DNA of 64,000 nt from contig NC_082731.1 of NCBI RefSeq assembly GCF_030144855.1, forward strand, positions 22,506,001 through 22,570,000. Reading direction: 5' to 3'. Every line of letters begins with the position of its first letter. Within the stretch, counting starts at the first letter, position 1. The notes below the pieces were generated by a model that did not search any database, had not been told where the DNA came from, and saw only the letters and a program-made list of their open reading frames with translations. The stretch is from Hypanus sabinus. Lineage: Eukaryota. A program made the translations under genes and the position numbers. Positions 11,628 through 21,799 of the stretch are shown piece after piece.

Positions 11628-13154
11628 AAATGTGATCATTCGCATTGTCTCCAGGGGGCGCCCGAACGCGTTAAACTTTTTGAAAAACAAAAGGAGAAAA
11701 TATGTAAGCATACATCGGAGCGATAAATTAAAACCTTTATTTACAATCAGCTAAACTACAATACGCCAATTTTCACTGTAATCTGAAAGCTTATCGGGAT
11801 CAAATATCTGCTGCTGTATTTAATATGTATTCCACTGATAGCCATCGTGATCCTATACTGTGCCAACATAAATTCTTTTAAATTAGTCAGGGACCCTATA
11901 GAACAGAACGGCATGTAGTTTCTGCGTTCCTGTTCCCCGGCGTATGGTTACCTGCTGCTTGACTTTTAACACCCAGACAGACAATTATTGCCTAGCAGAT
12001 TTCTTCATGGTAAAATTGTGGTTAAGTGCCTCACGATGAGAATGGAAATCTTATTGAAGGTCTTGCCTGATAAAAGCATCGATTGAGAGAAAACGCGGGA
12101 GAGATAAAAGCAGAGAAAGGGAGACAGTGGAAGATAGAGTTAGGGATAGAAATAGATAGAGAGAGAGTGACATTAATGGTTATGCAGTTAGAGGTAGAGT
12201 AGGTAAAAGAGAGGGAGTGAATGTCCCTACAGCAGTGTTCTCATATGTTACAGTATCTTCACCGCTTTAGTTTCCACACTTGCAACATATAATACATGCC
12301 GACTTGTTGAATGTATTATGCATATTTTTCTGAACATAATGCATTAAGCACCCTGTCAATGCCTGTTTCAATGATCATTGCACAGAAAGATTTAGCATCT
12401 GAAATTGGAATTGCAGGTTTGGTGACTGAGACAGAAGACACTGTCTGTTGAAGAAGTGAGAACGTCAAGAAAACGATGAAGTCAGCTACATTACACAAAC
12501 GGCACATTTATATCTGTAGCAAGCTTCGTACACAGCTAAACAAGCGTGCACGCTACCGTAATTATCAACATTAATTTTTGAATAATTTTCGATGCTATTC
12601 GCGACAGTGTGTATATTAGTGTCTTGAATGCATGAGGAAGGCGACCAGATATTCGTGCGGTTGTGCAGTATGCAACCAAATGGAACACAAATTGCATATT
12701 TCAAACGAGTCAAACGATGACTGGCACAGTAGAAAAAGCTTTCGATGAACGATTTGGCTAACCCCAGATGACAGTTTCCCAAGAATAAAGTTTAACTGTC
12801 ATAGTATCTGTTTCCTAACGCAAATGAGAGAGATAGAAGTTCCGTCATGTAGCTTTTGCCCATGTCAATCCCGATAGTAAAAGTAGAAATATAAATTAAC
12901 TGAACTTACACTCCAGCTCTCCGCCGTTTTTAATCGATATTTTGAACATACTGCAAATCAAAATGCACCTCCCAATGACGTGCATCAGATGACGTAGGCA
13001 AATGCGCTTAAATCGAAACGCATTTATTTGCTAACAGGCCGATCCTGAAACAGGAGCACATCAACTCAGTGTAAAATAAAACAATCAGATATGATCTCTG
13101 TGTTCTCATACATAGACTCTCACGCGTTAAAGGACCTGCCTTCAGGACAACACC

Positions 13155-13598
13155 ATGTAATTAGAACATCTTGTAATGATAGTAATTGTCGTGCTTCCAT
13201 GAAAGTCTAAAATTAAGAAACATGTGCGCCCCTTTGCTTCATTTATCCTCAGGCTGGTAGATGTGTTAAGCTTTCTTGCAGGAGTTTACGGCGAGGAGCG
13301 TGTATATTTGACACAGCTTGTGGTAATTGCTGAGGAAGAGCAGACCATATCGCTCAACTGAAAATATACCGCATCTTACGACGGCGGTACTCTTTTCTGG
13401 TGCACTCAGTTTCCGGAGAGAGTACCGAAATTTAAAATAATGTTTTTTAAAAAATCTCACCTGTGGTTTCGAGGACCGCTATCCCGATTTGCAACACAAA
13501 TCTTCTGTTTAATTAATCAAAAGTACTCGGCAGGTCTCTTCGGCAAACGACGGGACGCTCGTGTCCGATGTTGCGAAGCAGCTTTGCGCCATGACGTC
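13155..13598 (+). pseudogene. TCR V pseudogene, C-type copy 2 (C2)
   Basis: Leader starts ATG TAA and the donor is lost. Acceptor at 13280-13281. C23 is TGA, and the shared AATCTCACCTGTGGTTTC +2 motif is present. Confidence 0.88.
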
Positions 13599-13637
13599 CA
13601 TATTGTTTTATAACAGCTACAGGCACGGGCGAAAACA
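13599..13637 (+). other. Degenerate 23-RSS of C2
   Basis: CATATTG - 23 nt - GCGAAAACA. Confidence 0.7.
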
Positions 13638-14709
13638 AAGAGGGTCATTCGAGTTGTTTCCTGGGGACGGACAAATGCTTTGAACTTAGCTGATCTGAAA
13701 AAAAAAGTAGAAATTTGTGAGCATACACCGAACAGGCGAATTAAAACTGTTAGATACGAGCTCTGCTATATTACGCACAGGATTCACTATAATCAGAAAT
13801 GGCAACGCGATCAAATAATACATTTTGCCAAGTCGAATGAATTATGTATTCTTACCTCTGAGCATAATGCATCAAGCACACAGTCGTTGCCTGTTTGAAA
13901 AACCATTGCATGTTTCTAACATGAAATTAATATTACAGGTTTGTTGAATGAGACTGAAGACAATGACTGTGTCTGAGAATATTGAAAATTCATTTAGAAG
14001 CAGTGAGAACGTCAAGCAAACGGTGAAGTCTACTACGTTACACACACTACAGAATTAACCCAGCAGCAAGCTTCATGCACAGCTAAACAAGCGTGTGTGC
14101 TCCCCTCATTCTGAACATCTGCGAATAGCTCTCCATTCTGTTCGCGACCACAGTGTGAAAATAAGTGTTTTGAATGCATGGGGAACGTGACCAGACATTC
14201 GCGCTGTAGCGCCGAAGTCAAACAATGGGAACGAAATTTTCATATTTCAAACGAGACAAAAGGCGAACGGCGCAGTAGAAAAAGCTTTCGATGGACGATT
14301 TAGCTAATCCCAGATGGCCTCCCACGAATAAATTTTAACTTTCATATTATCTATTTTCTGACGTATCTGAGAGAGACAGCAAATCCGTCATGGAACATTT
14401 GTCATGTCAATTACCAAAGTAAAAGTAGAAATATAAATGAACTGGTCTAACCATTCAGCTCTCTGCCGAGTTGTTTCGGTATTTTGATCATACAGAAACT
14501 CCAAATTAAACTCCCAATGTTGTGCACCAGATGACGTAGGCAAAGGTGATTTATCACAAATGCAATTTATTTGGTGACAGGCCAATACTGAAACAGGAGC
14601 ACAACAACACTCTACAAGAACAAACAACAAACAAACAACAATCAGATATGAGCTGTGTTTCTAATACATTGTCTTTCACAAATTAACGGGTCTGCATTCA
14701 GGCAACATC

Positions 14710-15147
14710 ATATATTTCGAATATCTTGTAGTTAAGTAGTAATTGTCGTGTTTACATGTGTTTCTGAAATTACAAAACATACGCGCGCCCCTTTGCTTCA
14801 TGTGCACTCAGACTGGTAGCTGTGTTATGCATTCTTGCAGGAATTTATGGCGAGGGGCCTTTTTCTCAGACACCGCTTGTTATAATTTTTGAGCATGGGC
14901 AGACTATATCGCTCACCTGCAACTATGTCGCATCTTATGATGGAGGTACCGTTTTCTGGTACATTCAGTTTCCAGAGAAAGTGCCGAAATTTAAAATAAA
15001 TAAAATCTCAGCTGCGGTTTCGAGGAACGAACCCCGATTTACCACACAGTTTTTCTGTTTTATTAGTCAAAAGTATCCGGTATGTCTCTTTAGCAATCGC
15101 CGGGGGACTGTGTCCGATTTTGCAAAGGAGCTTTGTGTAATGAAGCC
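14710..15147 (+). pseudogene. TCR V pseudogene, B-type copy 3 (B3): dead leader, V exon open through compensating indels
   Basis: Leader has ATG to ATA and a +2 insertion with stops. V exon 14841-15147 (307 nt) is stop-free with C23, W41 and C104 in frame. Confidence 0.88.
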
Positions 15148-15186
15148 CACTTTGCTTTCTAACACCTACATATTTGGAGAAAAGGA
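15148..15186 (+). other. Degenerate 23-RSS of B3
   Basis: CACTTTG - 23 nt - AGAAAAGGA. Confidence 0.7.
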
Positions 15187-15538
15187 CAGATGATCAATCG
15201 GGCTGTCTCCAGGGGGCGTCCGAATGCAATGAAATTCGCTTATTTGAAAAAAAACGATAGAATAAGCGTGCACAGGAGAAGAGAATTAAAACTGCTTTTA
15301 AGATAATCAAATCGATAATACTCCGACCAGGGCGACCAGATACCACTGCCTTATTGCACAATGCAACCAATGGGAAATATAAAATTGCATATTTGAAACG
15401 AGACAGTCAATGAATGTCCAATTGAAATATCTTTCTACAGAAAATATGCTTAACCCCAAATGACAACGTCCCAGAAACAAAATTTGCCTTCTTTATAACA
15501 TGTATTCGATCTGTATTAGATCTGTCATGCAATTGGAA

Positions 15539-15644
15539 ATGCAAATAAGCGAAACTTTGGACCAGCTCTCAGTCAAATTTGCATCAGATGACGAAGGCGA
15601 AGCTGATTTGTTCCAAACCCGTGTTACATCGTTGGCTGGCCAAT
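15539..15644 (+). promoter_or_regulatory. Putative V promoter of A3: two octamers, a CRE half-site and a CCAAT box
   Basis: ATGCAAAT 15539-15546, ATTTGCAT 15577-15584, TGACG 15589-15593, CCAAT 15640-15644. Confidence 0.55.
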
Positions 15645-15751
15645 CCTGAAATATGAAATCGACAACGCTCTACAAAATAAAGCAATCCGATCTGAGCTCT
15701 CTGTTCTCATACATAGGCTTAGTGGTGGTATCTGCCTTCAGAAACAACGCC

Positions 15752-16187
15752 ATGTCCGTTCCATATCTTGTCTTGATAGTAATTGCCGCGCTTCGCGGTG
15801 AGTCTAACATTAAAAATCTGATGTGCTTCTCCTTGTTTAATTAACCATCGGACTGGTAACAGTGTTTTGCTTTCTTGCAGGTGCTTCCGGCGCGGAGTCA
15901 GTATCCCAGAAACCGTCTGAACTAACTGCTGGGGAAGGGCAGAAAGTCACACTGAACTGCAACTATTCCACAACGTACGATAGCGTTACTGCTTTCTGGT
16001 ACCTTCAGTTTCCCGGAACAGCGCCGAAATTTCTTATAAAGAAACTCAGCAGTGGCTTCGAGGAAAGATCTCCCGATTTGCCGGACAGATTTTCCGTTGT
16101 ATTAGACAAAAGTAATCGGGAAGTCATTTTATCCATCGCTGGGGCTCTCGTCTCCGATGCTGCTACGTATCTTTGTGCCATGAAGCC
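15752..16187 (+). CDS. Potentially functional TCR alpha/delta-type V gene segment (A3): leader 15752-15797, intron 15798-15880, V exon 15881-16187
   Basis: Spliced product MSVPYLVLIVIAALR-GASGAESVSQKPSELTAGEGQKVTLNCNYS...AFWYLQFPGTAPKFL...SDAATYLCAMKP. GTGAGT donor, CAG acceptor, no stops. Confidence 0.92.
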
Positions 16188-16226
16188 CACATTGGTTTAT
16201 AATAGCTGTAGACCCGAACAAAAACA
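16188..16226 (+). other. 23-RSS of A3
   Basis: CACATTG - 23 nt - ACAAAAACA. Confidence 0.95.
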
Positions 16227-17408
16227 AATAAGCGCATTCCTGTTGTCTCCAGAGGGCGCCCGAGCGTGTTGTACCTTGCTGATTTGAAAAAGAAAAGAAT
16301 AAATGTGTAAGCATACACCAGAGCCGCGAGTTAAAACATTTATTTACAATGAGCTAAGCTATAATACGCAGTGTTCACTATAATCTGAAATGTCATTGGG
16401 ATCAAATACCCGCTTCAAAATTCAATATGTAATCCACTGACACCACTCCGTGAAACGATGCTGTGCCAACATAAATTGTTTCATATAACTCATGGACCCT
16501 AAGGAACAGCGGCATATAGTTTCTGCGCTGTTGTTCCTCTGGCGTACGGTTACCTGCTGCTGGACATTTATGACTATTATTGCTTGCCAACTTACATCAT
16601 AGACCAACAGTTGTTAAGCGCTTCCTGGTGAGAATTTAAATCCGTAGTTCTAATTGTTCAGGTCTAGCATTTAAGATATGTTTTCATGTTTATATCGAGG
16701 CTGCTGCAGAGTACATTCTGGAAATTTCGCTGCAAGTAATTTCAGCAAAATTCGGCGCAGTTTCATTACAATGTAGAATCGTATGTTTCAATTATATATT
16801 AACCGAATTTCATTCCACTGAGTTCCAGACAGTTCTGTTTTAAGTATCCAGCTTTGACGCTGTTGCAAAGCGACAACTGTAATTAAAAAAAAAATAATTA
16901 AAATCTGTAATTGAAAAAATGAGAACGTCAAGCAAACGGTGGTCAGCTACTTTACACCAACTACACAATTTACACTGCAGCAAGCTTCATCCACAAATAA
17001 CAAGCGTGTGTGATCCCCTAATTCTGAAAAAAAGAAACATAATATGAGAATAGTTCTTCATACTGTTCACGACCGCAGTGTGAAAATAAGTGTCTTGAAG
17101 ACGTATGGAACGCCACCAGACATTCGTACCGTAGCGCAGGTGGCAACCAAATTGAACGAAACATTGAATATTTTAGAGGAGTCAATCGATGACTGGAACA
17201 GAAGAGGAAGCTTTCGATGGACGATTTAGCTCACTCCACATGACAATTTCGAAAGAATAAAAAAAAATAACTTTCATAGTATCTGTTTTCTGACTCAAAT
17301 GAGAGAGAAAAAAAATCCGTCATGGAGTATCTGCCCATGTCAATCACCAAAGTAAAAGTATATATATAAATGAACGGAACTTACTCTTCACTTCTACGCT
17401 GAGCTGTT

Positions 17409-17439
17409 TTACTATCATGACAAGACGTGTGAAGTACAT
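17409..17439 (-). pseudogene. Inverted 5' half of an A-type leader exon, truncated at the inversion breakpoint
   Basis: The minus strand reads ATG TAC TTC ACA CGT CTT GTC ATG ATA GTA A (compare the A2 leader). An A-type promoter precedes it on that strand (ACGTCA 17601-17606, ATTGG 17546-17550 on +). Confidence 0.85.
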
Positions 17440-18090
17440 GGCTTTTTTCTGAAGGGAGATAACTACTGCAAGTCTATGTATGAGAACGGAGAACTCAGAT
17501 ATGATTGCTTTATTTTGTAGCGAGTTGTCTTTTTGATAGTTCAGGATTGGCCAGTCAAGGATGTATCACATCACATGTTTGGAACGAATCAACTTCGCCT
17601 ACGTCATCTGGAGGTATAGCTGAATTCTCAAGGTATGCAAATTACCCGAACAGGTTGCCAGAAAGCTTGTCTGAAGTTTACCTAATTTGCAGTTCCGGTT
17701 TTACTTTATTGATTGTCATGGGCTGAAGCTGCATGACAGACCTAAGACAGATCGAATACAGGTAAAAGAAATGCCATGTTGTGTTTCTGGGAAGTTGCCA
17801 TGTGGAGTTAAGTACGTTTTCTGTCGAAAGATCGTCCTGTTGTGCTTTCATTGACTGACAAATATACAATTTTCTATGTCCCATCTGTTCCGTTGTGCAA
17901 TACGGCAGTAATATCTGGTCGCTCTGGTCACGCGTAGAATCGATTTGCTTATCTTAAAAACAGTTACGCTAATTCTATCTCAATTTTATTTCAAATAAGC
18001 TAAGTTCATCGCAGTCGGATGCCCCCTGGAGACAGCCCGTTGGATCAACTGTCCTTTCCTCCTGGTATTTCGCTGTTAAAACCAAAAGAG

Positions 18091-18390
18091 GGCTTCATTA
18101 CACAAAGCTACTTTGCAAAATCAGAAAGGAGTCCGCCAGCGATTGCTAAAGTGACATGCCGAATACGTTGGGCTAATGAAACAGAAAAGCTGTGTCGTAA
18201 ATCGGGAGATTGTTCCTGGAAACCACAGGTGAAATTTTATTTAGATCAAATTTCGGCGCCTTCTCCGGAAATTGAGTGTACCAGAAAACCGTCGAAAGAT
18301 GGATATAGTTGCAGTTGAGCGATATGGTCTGCACTTGGTCAACAATTAAATCAAGCAGTGTCTGCTATACAGGCTCATATGCGTAAACTA
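18091..18390 (-). pseudogene. Inverted B-type V pseudogene exon (B4); leader deleted, RSS heptamer destroyed
   Basis: The minus strand has acceptor TTTCAG, SLNCNY, FWYTQFP, the shared +2 motif and AAG TAG CTT TGT GTA ATG AAG CC, followed by CTCTTTT - 23 nt - AGGAAAGGA. Confidence 0.9.
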
Positions 18391-18494
18391 CTGAAAGAAC
18401 GCACAACACATATACCAGTCTGAGGGTATATGAAGCAAGATGCATGTCTTTGGGAGGTACATTCTGACTTACATTATGTTCAAAATAATATTTT

Positions 18495-18625
18495 TTTTCT
18501 ATTATACACAGGTACACGGCATGCCCCTTCACAATCGCTGGGGCGATCGTCTCCAATTCTGCCATGTAACATTGCAACGTGAAGCCCACATTCGTGTATA
18601 ACAACTGCACTGCCGAAGAAGAACA
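18495..18625 (+). pseudogene. 3' fragment of an A-type V exon with a degenerate 23-RSS
   Basis: CGGCATG...ACAATCGCTGGGGCGATCGTCTCC...GTGAAGCC, then CACATTC (18587-18593) - 23 nt - AGAAGAACA (18617-18625). Confidence 0.85.
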
Positions 18626-19757
18626 AAGAGGATCAAGAGTGTAGTCACCTGAGGGCGCCGGAACGCGTTTAGCCTAGCTAATAGGAAGGAAAAGAAGAAC
18701 AATGTTTCCGTACACAGGAGTCGGGAAATAAAAATGCTTCTCACAATGAACAAAGTTATAATATTCACAATATTCCCTTTAATTTGAAATTTCATTGGGT
18801 TTAACGATTTGCTGATAAATTCAATCTGTTCAACGACTTAGCCACTTCGGGCATCCAAACTGAAGCAAACATAAATTGCCTCATGCAAGTCCTGGAACCT
18901 CTGGAAGAGTAGCATGCGGCTAGGTATCGGCGTTCCGGTTTACGGTTACATGCTGCTGTGCATTTAAGACCTAGACAGCCAATTAATGTCTGCTTCACGG
19001 AAAAAAAGAAACAACTCTGGATAATAGCCTCACGATGAGTATACCCTGTTTTCTCATGGAAGATACGGTACACAAACAACAAAAATTAACTCTTCAGCTG
19101 GCTTGATGTATCCCTGAGAGAATGCGCGTGCTCCTTAACTCCGAAGATTAATTTCCAAATACTTATTCGGCACTGGTCGCGACCTCCGTGTTAAAATGTG
19201 CGTCTTGAATACAAAGAGAATGCGACGAGACTCCTGTGTCGTGGCACACAAGGCAACCAATGGGAAAGAGGTGCTGCATATTTCAGATAATACTGTCCAT
19301 AACCGGCGGAGTAGAAGCAGGTTTCGAACGACAAGTGAACTTATTCCATATGACTATGTCCCGGTAATAAAATTTTACTCTCATATTATTTTTTACTCTG
19401 TTAGAACTGAAAGCGAGAGTGAGAGAGACAGAACTCGTCATACAGCATCCAACCATATTAATCAGCTAAGTAAAATTGGAAATGATAATGTGTTGTACTT
19501 ACACTTCAGCTACTTGCTGATTTGTCCGGATATTTTATTGTAATTTGCTATAGAAAATGCACCTCCGATTGACGTGCATCCAATTACGTTGAAGAACAAA
19601 CATAATTTGTGCCGAACCAGTTTATTCCTTTTGACAGGCCGATTATAAACTAGGAGAACAGTTTTTTTTTACTGAAAAATAATACCTTAATATTTGAGCT
19701 TTGTTTTCTCATTAATAAATTTGAACACGTTAAGTTATCTATCTTCAAGACAACAGC

Positions 19758-20184
19758 ATGTACATCGCACATTGTGTAATGATAGTAATTTTGATCCCAG
19801 GAGGGGCTAAAATTAAAAATCCGTTGAGCACATTTGCCTTTGATTTAGCATCAGACTGCTAACAATGTTCTGCTTCCTTGCAGGAGCTTGTGACGAAGAG
19901 CCAATATCCAATAAACTGCCTAAACTTATGGCTGAGGAAGAGCAGATCGTAACTTGCAATTATTCTGCATCTTGCGACAGTGTTACTGTATTCTGGTGCA
20001 CTCAGTTTCCCAGGACAGCGCCGAAATTTCAAATTAAGAAACAGAGTACTTATTTCGAGGAACGCTCTCTAGATTTCCCAGACAGATTTACTGTTCTATT
20101 AGGCAGCAGTAATCACATTTTACATTCAGCATTTACCAGAGCCCTCATTTCAGATTCTGCCATGTACCTCAGTGCCATGACGGT
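19758..20184 (+). pseudogene. TCR V pseudogene, divergent A-like copy (D)
   Basis: Leader MYIAHCVMIVILIPG with donor GT changed to GG. V exon from 19884 is open but has a 2-codon FR1 deletion and C104 to S (YLSAMT). It lacks the B/C +2 insertion. Confidence 0.88.
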
Positions 20185-20223
20185 CACATTGGTTCATAAC
20201 AGCCTCAGATCAAGACAAAATAA
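20185..20223 (+). other. 23-RSS of D
   Basis: CACATTG - 23 nt - ACAAAATAA. Confidence 0.85.
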
Positions 20224-20339
20224 AAAAAATGTTGCCTCTAGAGGGCGCACTCACACTTGACTTCTGCTGATCGGGGGAGAAAAAAGAAACGTTGAAAGAT
20301 GTCGGCGTACACAGGAGTAGCGAGTTAAAATGTGACATT

Positions 20340-20870
20340 GAGGAAGAGGCTGTTTTCTTGACACTACTGTCTCAGAGTGATGCCTTCTTCTGTGATGACT
20401 GCCTTAGAGATTACGCAAAAGAATTAAGTATCATCAGCAAACTTAATTCGCCGATCAGATCTGTGAATGGCCACATGGCGATGAGTGTATGGAGAGATAA
20501 GAACGGAGCTTAGGACACAGCCTTGAGGAGCACCTGCGCTCAGGGTCAGAATGGCAAAGGTTACGGAGCCGACTCCTACCACCTGCCGCTGATCAGAAAG
20601 GAAGTACAGGATCAGGTTGCACAAAGGAAGGGTGAAAGCCGAGGGCTCTAAGCTTGTTTTCGAGCCTGGATGGAATTACCGTTTTGAATGTTAAACTGTA
20701 GTATAGAACAGCATTCGCACATCAGGATCCTTCTTTTTGAGATGTGGAAGGACAGCGTGTAGATATATGGCTATTACATCACCTGTCTATCGGTTGTGTT
20801 GGAAGGCGAATTTTAGGCGGTCCAGTGTGGATGTCATCGTGCTGCAGATATAGTTCTTCACAAGCCAGTA
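20340..20870 (-). mobile_element. Rex1/Babar-like LINE RT fragment
   Basis: ORF 20424-20624 (-) contains TLSAGAPQGCVLS...IKFADDT (RT domains 4-5). Confidence 0.8.
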
Positions 20871-21799
20871 AAAGCATTTGCTTAATTTTGAGGTGAGAGC
20901 GTTAGGGCACCAATCGTTCAGACAGGTTATCTTGCTCTTTCCAGGTACAGGGGTAAAGGTGGACGTTTACAGCGTAACAGGGTACTCTATATTTGAGGAG
21001 CAAGGAAGAAAGATAATCAATTCTGATTATAAAATACAAATGTGGGATCGTCTGAAATATTAATTTAGCCTGAAATTCTCAATTTCATTTAGATTTGTCT
21101 GGAGATTTAATCCGGTAAAACTTTCTTTGTACAGGTCGCAGCAGTTGCAGCATCATCTCAGTTTCACCAAATATAATCACAGTATTCTGCCAAATTCAGA
21201 ATACAAATTGTGTGAACCTTCTTCTGTAGAAAGGAAATCCAACATTTCTGACAGCGAAAAGGAATATATTGCTAAAGGATACAAGGAGAAGTTGAAAAAT
21301 AAAACGGTTGCATATTTTTCGCCATTATCTGCTCCTGTCAGTATTTCCACAGAATTTCGGGAGGTTACTGGAGCAGTGTCTGGGCATGAAAACGTATCTG
21401 CCAGTGAGAGTATTAATGAGCAATGTCGAACGGAATGGAGCGACTGGGTTAGGCACCTCGTCAAACAAGGACGTTTAAAATATCATAAAATTGGCGGTCA
21501 AAAGGAACAGTATTAGAACATTTATCTTATCCTGTCGGCTCCTGCATTTCTTCATGAAAGAGTAGATTTTCGCCTGAACCCAACTTCCTCCCTCCCAGCA
21601 CTCGCCCCGGAACTCTTCGTGACCTATTTAATGCAGGATCTATCAATCGCTGCCCTACATAATCATAATGACCACTTCCGCATGTGTCTGTGGCGAATAA
21701 TTCTTCAGGTCCACCTCTCTCAATCTCCTCATCATCTGTGTTCAGAAAGGACGCTCCTCTATTCTGAGTCTGTGCTGCCTGCTCGTAAAGATAGGTGAT

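Noticed and set aside
6584-18318. Antisense ORFs over V exons (6584-6769, 10277-10462, 11406-11591, 16005-16190 on -, 18019-18318 on +)
   Set aside because: They are shadow frames of V exons. They recur only because the V exons are paralogous.
4400-20300. Regularly recurring short motifs, considered as a CRISPR-like or satellite array
   Set aside because: The recurrence is explained by kb-scale tandem duplication of V cassettes in a vertebrate genome. There is no repeat-spacer structure.
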